A stretch of 63,925 nt of DNA, the filler included, from Octopus bimaculoides (taxonomy: Eukaryota), in NCBI RefSeq assembly GCF_001194135.2. It is 4 parts of 4 records of this genome, joined end to end, with 100 filler letters (N's around TTAATTAATTAA, not from the genome) between each part and the next. Parts side by side here need not be neighbours in the genome. Positions count along the whole stretch, not along the records: positions 13,553 to 27,715 come from NC_069008.1; positions 27,816 to 49,339 come from NC_068983.1; 2 more parts are not named here. One strand, 5' to 3'. Positions 23,827-36,583 of this stretch are shown piece by piece. Numbering within the stretch: the stretch's first letter is position 1; each line of letters opens with the position of its first letter. The translations under genes and the position numbers were made by a program. Below the pieces are notes generated by a model. That model was not told where the DNA came from, made no database searches, and was given only the letters and a program-made list of their open reading frames with translations.

Positions 23827-24251
23827 CACACACACACACATTCACACATACATATTCACACACACACATACACATATATTAATGATGAGATGTTCCTGTA
23901 ATATAGTGTTGATGTGTTGGCGTCACTGCAGTCACTATTAGAGTATATAATGAATCTGATGTACAACTTTTAGTAACAACTACAGCAAGATGAGATAGTG
24001 GTCATGTGATCAATACTGCATTACTCTCTTTGTCATAGTGGGGGTGATGGTAGTGTTGTGGGGGAGTGGGTGATTTTGCTCTTGTTTAGCTTCCAGTTGA
24101 CCAGGAACAAGCAGATCTATGAACCAGTCATCATAATCCTACATTGTCTAATTAACAGACCATGCTCTGTAAAGTTGGTAAACTTGGTTGGTAACCCTGC
24201 TAGGTTTAGATGCTATGTAGAGATCTCCTTTGTTCACCTTTATATGTATTC

Positions 24252-24283
<32 letters not shown>

Positions 24284-24765
24284 TATCCAAAATGTATAGT
24301 ATTAAATATCCATCACAGCTGGTCTTACCAATTAGTTTCACATAGAGAATACAATGGAGTGTTAGGTAACAAACTGATTATATATCTTTATGCTCATCAG
24401 GGTTAGCTGATATGGAAGGGAATATAGCAACTGCTTTCTATTATCAGAGGTGGATTAGCACAACCAGTCAGTGACTACTGTGAAAAAGGTGGTGGAACGA
24501 AAAGGGGGCCCATGGGATTAGTTTAGGAGTTATGCCCCTTGGTTGAGTATGCTGTGAAGCCGGCAAGAGTTATCTTGAAGTGGGAAAGTGTGTATTATTA
24601 ATGTGGTGCTACTGTGGGGATGGGGTGTCTGATATGTGTATCGGTGTCATATGTATAATTTTATTCTGGAGGTGTAGGTATATACATAGCTGTGTTCATT
24701 GGTTTGTTATATGGATATATGTATGTATGTATGCATGTAATAGTGTGTATGTATATATGTATGTG

Positions 24766-24804
<39 letters not shown>

Positions 24805-25394
24805 TTTTATATCATTAATAAATTTATAAAATTATCAATAATATTCACAGGAAATCAATATTCAAATTTCGAAAGATATATGTTTAATATGACACGGTAA
24901 TATTTTGAATTATAATTAAATTAAAATTTAAAATGTACGAAATATAAATATAAATATATATAAAGAATATAAGTGTACATAAAAATATATTTATTTATTT
25001 ATTTATTTATTTATGTGTTTCAGCCAAGTGGCTGCGGTCAGCATAAATATTATAAAGTCTAAAAATTAAAAAACTAAAAAACATCTGACGATCGTTTCAT
25101 GGACATTATTGCAACCACAATGTAATCAAAAGATAAGCATACTGGCAATAATTCTGGAGATGAATGGAGATATTATTTACGTGTTAAGAACGAATGGTAT
25201 ATACAATAAGGTGATATTAATTAAAATATTTTAAAATATTTTTTAAAAAATGAATTTTCCAAATTATAGGAGGGATTACTTTTACAAATTCTTAATGGAC
25301 AGTATACATTTTAATAGGTATCTTCTACAATAGCCTTGGACTGACCAAAGCCTTTAGAGTTGATTTGGTAGAAGTCCATTATACATATGTTTGT

Positions 25395-25640
25395 ATGTCT
25401 GTGTTTATTCCCCACTACCACTCATCGATCAACATTGGTGTGTTTACGTTCCCATAACTTAGCAGTTTGGCAAAAGAGACCGATAGAATAAGTACCATGC
25501 TTTGAAAAAAAAATAGAATAAGTATTAAGCTTACACAGAATAAATCCTAGGGGCGATTTCTTCAATTAAAGCATTTTAAGGCAGTACTCCAGCATCACTG
25601 CAGTCAAATGAGTGACACAAGTAAAAGAATAAAAGAATAT
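25395..25640 (+). mobile_element. SINE family A 3' half
   Basis: GGTGTGTTTACGTTCCCATAACTTAGC...GAGACCGATAGAATAAGTAC...CAGTCAAATG. Confidence 0.75.
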
Positions 25641-26269
25641 ATATGTGTATATACCTATGTGTATGCATCTATGTGTCTGTGGATATATATATATATATAT
25701 ATATATAAGAAATTAAAATGACATGAATATGAAATTATGCAGGAACTTAATTAGCTTACAACTGCTTCTGCTATAAGATGCAATGCACTCATAGCTTAAT
25801 GCTTTTGTATCACCCTACAACTTTATCACAAAAACATAATATGATAGAAATGAATTCAGGAGTTTGTGGAGGAGAAGCCTCTGTATATTGAGTTCTAACA
25901 CCAGGTTATTAGTATCACTATGCCTAACCAAAATAATAAAATGCTATGTACATTTATATGTAACATGCTTGTGTTCTCTGAAACATGGAAAATTTTTGTT
26001 GCTGTAGCAGTTGTCTTGGAGAAGATATTCTACTTACAGGTGATGTCATCTACATTGAACTTTGGATTGTACATGTTTCTGTGTGGTTATACTTCATCAG
26101 TTACATCAATTTATTTGTTTGTAGTCCAGTAAGCAAAAAAAGATATATTTGTTGCATGTACTAAGCATTGTCAGACGAGAAATAATTTAAGCACACAGAA
26201 CAAGAAGACCCATCCTTCACAGCAGAAGTGTTAAGGCTGCATCCCCTGCTGAAGAGGCTTGGCCTGCAA

Positions 26270-26495
26270 GTTTCTGTACTGGTACCACATAATAGACACT
26301 TGTATCAGTGCCATGTTAAAAACATTCAGCATACACTGGTTGGCCTTAAGAAAGATGTCCAGCTATAAAAACCAAGCCAAATCAGACTGGAACCTGATGC
26401 AATTCTCCAGCTTACCAGCTCTGGTCAAACTGTCTGACATATGCTAGCATGGAAAAGAGATGTTAAAAGATGATCATGATGATGATGATGAGAAC
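26270..26495 (+). mobile_element. Decayed RTE-type 3' tail
   Basis: AAATCAGACTGGA...GCTAGCATGGAAA...GTTAAA followed by (GAT)n. Confidence 0.65.
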
Positions 26496-27112
26496 AATGA
26501 TAATTAAAATAAAGGTTCATACATATTTAACATGCTCATTTAAACACAAATGCAGGAAGACTTTTAGCTACAATAGTAAGTCTCAGAGAAGGCATTCTCC
26601 TTATAGACTGTGTGTGAAATGACATCATCATGTTTCTGCAATCTGATGATGCCATTGAAAGCTGAACTTGACGTGATTTTACACAAATCATTATAATTTA
26701 TAACTATTCATACAAACAAATGCTTGTGTTTTCAAATTTTAAAAACATAGAGGAATGCATATAAAAATATTTATAAATGTGTAGTAATAAGATTGGACCT
26801 CAGTTACAATGATGTAAACAAACTAACTGGTGTTGGTTTTTTGACAGCTTAAAAAAATAAGTACTGGGGCTGATTTGTGCAACTAAACCTTTCAAGGCTG
26901 TGCCCCAGTATGGCCACAGTTTAATGACTGAAACAAAAGATAAAAGATTATATCATACCTTGATACTGTATGGACTACTGTAAGACAAGCCCCTGATATT
27001 ATATAAAACGTTAAACACAATATGCAGATTAGTAATTCTAGTTCTTTGTTGCTACTAGATTTGTTGCATATATAAACAGGTTCGCTGCTTTGTTTCTCTG
27101 GGATTAGTCAAA

Positions 27113-27174
27113 TGATGAAGACACCTCTGATAAGGCCCCAATAAGATTCGAAAATTGATTAAGGCTGTTCATCA
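27113..27174 (+). ncRNA. Degenerate type I hammerhead-like motif (unit 1)
   Basis: Bulged stem I (TGATGA..ACACCT / AGG.TGTTCATCA), core CTGATAA, weak stem II, GAAA, stem III AAT-TG-ATT, then A at the cleavage position. Confidence 0.5.
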
Positions 27175-27373
27175 GTGTTTCTATCTATGGAGAAATAGCT
27201 AAATGTACCCTGTGTTTTTTATATCAATGGCATTAGCTACATATATTTTATCATACCTTGATACTGTGTGAACTAAGATACCCATTGACAGGCCCCTGGT
27301 TTTAAATAAAGCATCAGATACTTGCATTATGCAAATAAGTAGCCCCAGATCTCTGTTTCTCTGAGATTGATCA

Positions 27374-27441
27374 AATTGATGTAGACACCTCTGATAAGGC
27401 CCCAATAAGGTTCGAAAATTGATTTGAGCAGTTCATCAATT
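27374..27441 (+). ncRNA. Degenerate type I hammerhead-like motif (unit 2)
   Basis: AATTGATG/CATCAATT distal stem I, CTGATAA core, GGCCC-CAATAA-GGTTC stem II, GAAA, AAT-TG-ATT. Confidence 0.5.
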
Positions 27442-27815
27442 TTTTTCAATCTACACAGAAATAGCTAAATGCATCCCATTCATATATATATATATATATA
27501 TATATTTCTTCAATTCTCTTTGAATTTAAACCTTTTTGAACTGCCTTGATAATGTTGTGTGAGCATATATTTTGGGATATATTAATTTGACTTTTATTTA
27601 ATTTTATATGTTTTTTTTTCTGTATCTAAAATATGTTGACACAAAGAAATGATTGTCTGTAATGTATGGTGTAATCACCAATTAAAGATATGATTTTATC
27701 CATCCTCATTTTTGTNNNNNNNNNNNNNNNNNNNNNNNNNNNNNNNNNNNNNNNNNNNNTTAATTAATTAANNNNNNNNNNNNNNNNNNNNNNNNNNNNN
27801 NNNNNNNNNNNNNNN

Positions 27816-27854
<39 letters not shown>

Positions 27855-28054
27855 TGTATATGTACACACACGCACACACACACATATATATACATATAAA
27901 TACACACTCACACACACATACATGTAGGTATGTATATTTGTATGCATGTCAGTATGGATAGATGTATATATGCGTGTGTGTATTCATATACATGTGTATA
28001 TACATACAGATTAATGCATACACACACACACACACACACACGCACATATACATA

Positions 28055-28869
28055 CAAGGTGCGATGGGCAAACTGTCGACATTTTATGTTTTTAATTTAG
28101 CGCATGCACATTCTTTGTTTTTGATTTTGTCGACTACACAGTGTAGTAGGGGCAGTTGGGCACTGTCTGAGAGAAAAACAGCACCATGATGCAATTCACT
28201 CTGCCAGAAATTTAGAAACGACATGCTGTACTGTTTGGTATTCACACCGGAGGCTCCAATACGAACATTTCAGTGCAATCAATGGACATGTACCGAGAGT
28301 GATAAAAGTCAAACATCCAGTCAGCATCATGGTGTTTGGAGAGATCGGTAGTGATAGCGAAGTTATGCCTGCATTCATCTTCCCACACGCCTTCAGACTC
28401 AACGCGGAGGCCTACTTCAAGTGTGTGGAGGAGATAGTGCTGCCCTGGGTAAGATGGTGGCTGCCCGAAGACCATATGTCCGGAAACAGGACTCTGCACC
28501 ATGCCACACAAGCAAGAGAATCCAGTCATGGCTGTCAGACAATTTCTGCGACCACATCACCCCTAACATCTGGCCATCTAACTCCCCAGACTGAAATCAC
28601 CTTGATTATTATGTGTGGGGTGCAGTTGAGCGAGAAACCAACAAAACTCTTTGTAACACCAAAGTTGAACTGAAGGCAAGGATTATGGTAGCATTCACCA
28701 ACTTAAACAAAGAGACCGCTCAGAAGAGTGCAGAAAATTGAATAAATTTACTCTTTAGTATTTCAAGATATTTTTATGTTATTTTGGTAAATAAGTCTTT
28801 CAAAATGAGATGTCAAGTGTTATTTTCATTTTTGTATAATTTAGACGACAGTTTATTCACCGCAACCTG
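28055..28869 (+). mobile_element. Internally deleted Tc1/mariner element (maT/DD37D-like) with TIRs and TA TSDs
   Basis: TA|CAAGGTGCGATGGGCAAACTGTCG at the left and reverse-complement TA|CAGGTTGCGGTGAATAAACTGTCG at the right. Translation gives KHPVSIMVFG...LNAEAY..C.EEIVLPW, QDSAPCHTS and WPSNSPD. Confidence 0.9.
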
Positions 28870-29099
28870 TACATATATATGTATGAATATGAATATACAC
28901 ACACATATATATGCATATGATGCATCTGTATATGTGTTTGTGTTTGTGCATGTGTATGCTCGTATATGTATGTTTGCTTTCACAATACGTGATGAATTTA
29001 CTTTAATCTGGTGGGCTTGTGTTTTCCATATTCTGAAATAGAATTTTCTGAAATGTCTGCATTTGATGAAAATAACGCATCTATGAAGTAATACGTTAT

Positions 29100-29420
29100 T
29101 TGTTAATTGAAATTTCTTGGGCCAAACCTCTTTTTCGGATTACAAAAATAGCATGAGATTGTTTCATTTATGTACGGTTTTCATCGTTCAACTGTCACTC
29201 AGTAGCTATCTTTCAAATTCTAAACGTGGCAGTCCTCTTCTCTATACTTTTGAGGGAAGAAGTGTGATTAAATTAGCGGCGTTAGAATTAACTTAATACC
29301 CCCTTTGGCATAATATCTTTAACGGTATCTAATCCTTTCCCCTAGTAGAAATAACTTCAGCCTCGGAAATAATTTCCCCAAAGCAGCTAGATTAATTAAA
29401 AAACATTTCTCTCGGTGGGT
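29100..29420 (-). mobile_element. Possible hAT transposase C-terminal remnant
   Basis: Stop-riddled TLLPS...RG...NNLMLFL reading resembles the hAT dimerization region; weak. Confidence 0.3.
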
Positions 29421-29912
29421 TTGTGAAATTTCTTGAAATTATATAGTTTAATGCTTGTTGTACAACTACTACATGATTTAAATTGCTTCTATTAAAGAAT
29501 TTTGATCGGGAAATGTTTATTCATCAGACCTGAAAAACTTCGGTTGTATTGGATTTGACATTTAATGAGAAAGAGGTTTCAAACAAATGCTTTATCGCAA
29601 TCTTTTATTGCTGATAAGCCGCAGGAGATTATCGGTATAATTTACCTTATATTTACTTGCTGATTGTGAGACATTATTGTAAGAGTGGTTATATCGATTA
29701 TATCTTTATTTGACAGTAGTTTAGAGAATCTTCTGCTAATAATTTTGATTAGGTTTTTAAAAACTGCAGGCGACACGAAATTCTCGTTTCGTTTACAACA
29801 TATTTTATGCTTATTTCTACTTATCTCCATAATCTCTAAACGAAACTCTCTCTTTGTTAGCGTTTGTCTCTGTCTCTACGTGCATATATACATATATGGA
29901 CACACACACACT

Positions 29913-30403
29913 CATAGGCGCACGGAAAGAGCCCCCTCTCCCCTTTATAATTTTTTTTTTTACGTTAGCCTACGTTTTCGGTTCTAGAGATGCCAATTCC
30001 GAAAAAAAAAATTTTTCAAAAATCGCAACTTCAAAAATTTAAATCTTCCCCCTCCCCCACACCATTTCTTAATTTTTCACTTTCTTCCGAAAATTTTTTT
30101 TTGCGAAATACGTAGAAAAATACGGAGATTAAGATTCTGAAGGAAAAAAAAATGTTTGTAAAATTTCAATTTTTCAAAAAATAAATAAATAAAAAAATAC
30201 CCCAACCCCCTCACCTCCCCTCCCGATTCTACAGCCTTGGCCTGCAATCAGGCTATCCACATATTTGAATTTTTGAAGTTGCAATTTTTGAATTTTGTTT
30301 TTCAGAATCAGAATCTCCATAGCTGAAAACGTGGGATTCCGTAGAAAATAAAAATTCTAAAGGGTGGCGGAGGGGTCCGTTTTCGCCTCCGCCATGTGCG
30401 CCT
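29913..30403. mobile_element. MITE with long (~130-bp) imperfect TIRs starting (CAT)AGGCGCAC
   Basis: Left CCTACGTTTTCGGTTCTAGAGAT...TTCAAAAATCGCAACTTCAAAAAT matches the reverse complement of 30258-30335. GTGCGCCT at the right end. Confidence 0.8.
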
Positions 30404-30405
30404 TC

Positions 30406-30441
30406 CTTTCTGTCGAAGAGCGTCGACTCGAAACATAAAAG
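30406..30441 (+). ncRNA. Minimal hammerhead relic in a PLE-like terminal repeat
   Basis: CTTT-CTGTCGA-A-GAGC-GTCG-ACTC-GAAAC-AT-A-AAAG; two CpG-type changes weaken stems II and III. Confidence 0.55.
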
Positions 30442-30735
30442 ACTTTCTCACTTCGCGAGCGTTAAACTAATACATCTGTTTGTTGTTTACACATCCGTCT
30501 TCGTCTTTTGTTTTTTTGTAAATTCTCACTATTTATATATNNNNNNNNNNNNNNNNNNNNNNNNNNNNNNNNNNNNNNNNNNNNNNNNNNNNNNNNNNNN
30601 NNNNNNNNNNNNNNNNNNNNNNNNNNNNNNNNNNNNNNNNNNNNNNNNNNNNNNNNNNNNNNNNNNNNNNNNNNNNNNNNNNNNNNNNNNNNNNNNNNNN
30701 NNNNNNNNNNNNNNNNNNNNNNNNNNNNNNNNNNN

Positions 30736-30770
<35 letters not shown>

Positions 30771-31476
30771 CATATTCATATATTTATACATATACATACA
30801 TATATATACATATACATACATCTATACATATACATATATATATATATACATATATACGCATAAATCAATACACATACATCTATACATATACATCCATACA
30901 CATATATATACAAACACACATATACATATATATACGTACATACGTATGTGCAGATGTATATACACACATATACATGCATACATAATGACATCTGTTAACT
31001 TGACTGATGAAAGAGCTCCACCAATGTCCCGCCCTTTTTTCCCCTCTCCCTTTAATTGTTGTTTTTCCTGTACGCCTTTGCATTGTCTATTTGCCCGAAT
31101 GTTTTATTGTCCTCTATTGCGGTTTTGTTCCATTATATATATATGTGTGACATAATAGTGAAAGTATTAAAACTGAAAGTATTATCTCTCATTACAATAG
31201 AAATATTATTGTTTCACATTTGACACGTAATACTCAAATAGTGTAAGAGATAAGAGATTGCTCCGGGGTCGCATTAGGCAAGAAGTTGAAAATTTTGGTG
31301 CATGACACTGTCTGCGTTTAAATGTGAAATATACAAAAAAAAAAAAAAAAATGGAAGATATATATTTGCATTTTTTTTGTTATATTTTACATTTAAGGAC
31401 AGACATTTTTATTCTGTTGTATAATTTTATATCTTATATTTTGTATTTGACATTATATACTAGACTTTATAAGGTT

Positions 31477-31513
<37 letters not shown>

Positions 31514-31730
31514 TAATCCATATCTATAATGTATAATTTATAAGTTTTAATTCTTAATTTTATAAAGTATAATTTTAATTTTTGTTTTTAATTTAACGCT
31601 TATTTTTGAAAGGGATGTAAAATTAGATTAACAATATTTTGAAAAAGAACCTGAAGATATGTTGGAATAATTGTAAATCTGATGATTGCATATATATATA
31701 TTTATATATGTGAATTTATATATATATATA

Positions 31731-32062
31731 CTCTTTTACTCTTTCTTGTTTCAGTCATTTGACTGCAGCCATGCTGGAGCATCACCTTTAATCGAGCAAA
31801 TCGACCGCAGGACTTATTCTTTGTAAGCCTAGTACTTATTCTATCGATCTCTTTTCCCGAACCGCTAGGTTACGGGGACGTAAACACACCAGCATCGGTT
31901 GTCAAGCGATGTTGGTGGGGGACAAACACAGACACACAAATCCACTCACAAGGCTTTGGTCGGCTCGAAGAAGACACTTGCCCAAGGTGCCATGTAGTGG
32001 GACTGAACCCGGAAGCATGTGGTTGGTAAGCAAACTACTTACCACACAACCACTCCTGTGCC
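31731..32062 (-). mobile_element. SINE family A, full length
   Basis: Head, CORE-like segment, body and TCTTTTAC tail are all present. Confidence 0.9.
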
Positions 32063-32598
32063 ACATTTGTGTGTATGTATATGTATTGTAATCTTCCAAT
32101 ACTGAAACACGTGTAGTTCCTTCATAATTGATAAATTTAAGTTTTAACTTAAGTAGGAGATAATTAAAGAAGTATATTATATACCCTGCTGGTATACTGG
32201 TTATATCCTTCAAAGTATTGTTTTGTGATGTGCAAATGGATACCATGAGTTTACTTTCAGATATCCTCATTAGATAATTTTTTTTTTGTATTATGTGAAA
32301 TAGAATACCCGCATATCCATTAATCCCCCAAAATTGCATTATATATATTTATATATATAATTAGTTTTTATCGGATGAACTCAAAGTAGATAGAGCTATA
32401 GATCATAGCATGCTGTAAATACTGGAGTATAAACCTCTTCAGATAGAAAAAAATCGAAGGCTGTCTTTGGCTTTCTCTATCCAAAGAGTTTTAAAACTCA
32501 GTATTTACACGCAGCAATTTATAACTTCATCGTCTTAAAAATTTCCGATAGAAACATATTATTTCATGTTCTCTCGATGTTTCTAAAGTCCTATGACG

Positions 32599-32665
<67 letters not shown>

Positions 32666-33111
32666 GCACGCACACACATATAAAGGTAAGATCCAAGGAT
32701 CAAGGCGCAGGAAGTTAGTAAGCTTCGAGTAATCAGTAGAAGGTATAAAAAACAGCTTTCAAGAACCATAGTGGTTTATTGACATAGAAAGTTGTCAATT
32801 TTTCCCATATCGGTGTTCGATAAACTGAAAAAAGTTATTTCGTAGTTCACGGTTAGCAAAGAAATATTCTATTTTTGTATCTTCTTATATTTTACATTTC
32901 CCCTAACGTTATGGTCTCCCTACACCTTCCTTCCGCACATGAGAATATACAAGCAATCACGTGCGCATGCGCCCCTACAAGACACTACAGCCATACAAAA
33001 ATGTACGCGCGTGCGTGTTAATATGCGCTTATATAGTTGTAAAGTTAAGCGATAAACTACCAAGTTACCTAGAGCTATGTTCTCCTATTGACCAAAAACA
33101 TTATCTTCCAA

Positions 33112-33310
33112 CAGAGGTTCTCAAACTTTTTGAACCACCGCGCCCTCCCATGACCATATAATTCCCCCAGCGCCCAACTCCTATTTTTATGTGTAAATAA
33201 ACATTTTATATTTTTCTAATTTATATATACAATGCATCATTTGATATTTAACACAATATTATATAATTTGTATACAATACTATAATAACATTATAAATTC
33301 ATAGCGTCCC
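33112..33310 (+). mobile_element. hAT-type MITE left end
   Basis: CAGAGGTTCTCAAACTTTTT is a typical hAT/Charlie TIR start; no right end was found. Confidence 0.45.
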
Positions 33311-33951
33311 CAATCCACTTCCTTCCTCCCAATGCCTCCTTTTTCTCTACCCCTTCCGTACCACCACTTAGATACCAGTGCCCATCTAGACTCTCTAAAC
33401 GCCCTATGTCTTCCACCTTCCTCTCCTTCTCTTCCCTTCTAGCAAATTCTAACTTACTATCTCTCCTATATCTTCTCTTTCTCTCCTCCTCTTGATATCT
33501 TTCACTTTTATTTTACTTTGACTCAAGACCCAGTAAATGACCCAAGCCTAAATTCTCAAAGACATTCCAGCTTCAATAATACCAAATTTCCCCCCTGCTC
33601 TTCCCCCTCTTTTTTTCTTTGTGCTTTCCACGCATTTTCAATCGAATCTCCTGCGAGATTTGGAACACGGGATCCTATGGCGATAATGTAACCTTCATTT
33701 GACTAAGGTATCTTTGGTCTGACGAGTAGCTAGCGGATTACCCTTCGTTTGGGTAATTACTACTTCCGAGGTTCTGCTTGCTATGAAACATAGACAGCCT
33801 GGATTCTATGCACTCCATTCCCTAAATTTGGATACATACATACATACATACATACATACATACATAATACATACATACATAATACATACATACACACACA
33901 CATACACACAGATGAGTGTATGTATATATATATATACGTATAAATTCCTTT

Positions 33952-33991
<40 letters not shown>

Positions 33992-33993
33992 GG

Positions 33994-34038
<45 letters not shown>

Positions 34039-35359
34039 TGAATAACTTCTCCAGACAGCAAAGTGACTTATTAGCGCTATCAAATACTAACATACTGAAG
34101 ACAAACAAACTGGTAAAGTATGATTTCTTGTCATGCATAATTCTATGTTGTTGTCATTAATACTGCATTGGTGGCAGATTGTGTTTTAGTATGTTGTAGA
34201 GTGCCAGTGAGTCGGAACCTAAAAACATAATAATCCATATGTGTGCCATGAAAATTCTTTCACAAAAACCGAGTATGTTCTCCTCAATGTATTTCTTGTA
34301 TATATTTTTTATCGTCTTCTATGTAAACGAATAGAAGTCTAAGTGGATTTCATTTTGTTCAAAATTGTGCTCAGTAAGATTATTTGTTAACTAGAGTCTG
34401 ATGTTGGTGAGAGAGGATAATTCACTCGTACTGTGTTGAATTAATAGCAAAGATACTCAAGTCTCTAGAGCACGCTTCTAATTGTAAATAATAATTAGGC
34501 AGGACTACAGCTAAGCTCTATAAGTGGGAGGAACACTTTATAATTACAGTTTCTCTCAAGTGTAACGCTGAATTAAAAATGTCTTCCCTATGAATCTTTT
34601 TCAAATGGTCTTGTATTAAAAATCTTCATTTTTAATTAACAAAATGCAGAAGTCTCAAATTTTCAAAATGAAATGTTGATTGAGGCAATTGAATTTGTAT
34701 CTATTTTTGTAATTTCAAATAAACCATAAAAAGTATAAATTATGGCGATGTAGGACAAATTCTTGATAGATTAATTACACACACACCCATACACAGATAC
34801 TCTCTCTCCCTCTTTCTCTTATATGCATATACCCACGCACATATAACAATTCTAATTCTATGACACACGCACATGCATACACACTCTATCACAAATACGC
34901 CCTTACATACACATAATGGTTTGCCACTTTGAAGATGGCTTATACGTGTTCTGTATTGCTGTATATCCTTTAATGGGTGCCTAACAAGTATTGTTTTAGA
35001 TAAATCATTGGTGAAAGTAGAAAAGAGAAACATTTAGGAGAACAGAACTATATACTGTAAAAGAATAAAAGTTGTACAATAAGTGGGGGAATGAAGAATG
35101 AAAGACAATGAATAAAAGATCAAAAGCAGTGAGAAGTTAAAATAGAAAAGACCACATTTTATGTCTAATGACTGAAATATTTATGTTGTAGACGATGTGA
35201 TGATGAATTCATGACCACTGATTATATAACGGAAACTAACTTATATTTCACTCTTGCTAACCTTAGACAGACAAGCAATCACAAAACTATTAAATACGTT
35301 AACTAAGCACTTCGATCTCTAATGTTTTTCCCTCGCAATCCTATCACATATAAAAATCA

Positions 35360-35620
35360 CAGCTAAAATACTAGCTTTTCTCTTCAGGGTCAGAAACTAC
35401 TTTAAATTTGATTATTTGCTGACTTTCTACAAAGCTCAAGTAAGATCCACAATGGAATACTGCTGTCATATCTGGGACAATGCTGTTGCTACACGCATAA
35501 ACATGGGAAATTTCATCATCTAACATATTGACAAAGAACCGTTTATTATCTCCTGCTAAACCCTGTCGTCCACAAACATGCTGCCCCTTTGCCATACTCT
35601 GCCTATTCTACCGCTATTAA
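35360..35620 (+). mobile_element. CR1/Jockey-group LINE RT C-terminal fragment
   Basis: YKAQVRSTMEYCCHIW motif, followed by an LCLFYRY-like segment. Confidence 0.7.
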
Positions 35621-36167
35621 AGAGCCACTTCAACTATGAACAAACTAGATTCATGTCAAGTAACAGCCATATTTCTTCTACAAAGAACGACGAAAAGGAC
35701 ACAAGTTTGGTACGCGTGAACTTTCGTTTATAAAGAAACATCATTGTGGAATTAAACTTGTTATTTAAGTGATCAGTCTGATTGAGATCTCAACACATAA
35801 TATACGAGAACTATGCTTTCAACTAAGCGGAACTGAATATCTGATACCGCTTGGTTTGCTTTCGTCAATGGAAGTATAATATATATAAAAAGCTACCATA
35901 TTTTTTCCGAGTCACTTCAAGGTGACATTTAGTCAAAAAGGGTGGTGAGGTACTACTAGGGTAGCGTTGTCAACAAGGAGAAATCCACAAAGAAACGAAT
36001 TCTCCAGCTTTGTTCAAGTATCGAATCACTGGAGAAATTGAATAGACAACAATAAAAACCGCTAAATAAATTCAAAGCTGCAAATTTGGTGGGGAAAATA
36101 GAGAAGAGAGGCAGAATATGATATAAACATCTCTGGTCGTAATTACTGGTCACGTTCTAGGTCATTC

Positions 36168-36583
36168 GGTACATTTTGGTTGTCTAACCTCTAATTAAAA
36201 AAATGGGTTATCTCCCCTACTAAAAAAATTGTTTAACCCTCAATAAAACAAAAAATAAAAAAATAAAATATTAATTAACATGAAAAGCGAAAAGATTAAA
36301 CGTCTTATTGAATCTGATAATATTTTTATAACAAATTATACAAAACTGAAAAAATTGATAAACATGAAAACTGAAAAAATTAAACATCTTATTAAATCTA
36401 ATAACATTTTTATAACAAATCAAACCATGCCTATTGAGGAGACCAAAAGTCAACGGTGTGTTGAAGTATTGAATCAAAAGGTTCTAACCCTTTTAATTCA
36501 ATCTCTTGTCGCCACATAAACTCAATAATTTAGTGGGAAGATAAACCAATTTTTTAACGGGGGTAAGATAACCAAAAAGTACC
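36168..36583. mobile_element. Merlin-like MITE, 416 bp, ~65-bp TIRs, perfect 8-bp TSD GGTCATTC
   Basis: TSD at 36160-36167 and 36584-36591; termini GGTAC...GTACC; internal duplication with an 84-bp period. Confidence 0.85.

Larger units (their letters stand above)
26947..27480 (+). repeat. Tandem dimer (~265-300-bp unit), each unit with a hammerhead-like motif
   Basis: TATCATACCTTGATACTGT at 26951/27249, GACACCTCTGATAAGGCCCCAATAAG at 27120/27384 and GAAATAGCTAAATG at 27192/27458. Confidence 0.9.

Noticed and set aside
24375-24405. Minus-strand CTGATGAGC hammerhead-like start
   Set aside because: No stem II closure or GAAA follows.
25083-25110. Minus-strand GAAACGATCGTC hammerhead 3' half (similar at ~46432-46450)
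   Set aside because: The CUGANGA core is absent upstream; at most a remnant.
26640-26675. CTGATGA...GAAAGCTG
   Set aside because: No stem II or stem I, and G at the cleavage position.
33615-33680. HDV-like ribozyme candidate (ATC-TCCTGCGA-GAT)
   Set aside because: P1 is bulged and not 7 bp, the L3 G is missing, and P1.1 spacing is wrong.
33719-33765. CTGACGA as a hammerhead core
   Set aside because: No GAAA after the hairpin; retained only as a generic hairpin.
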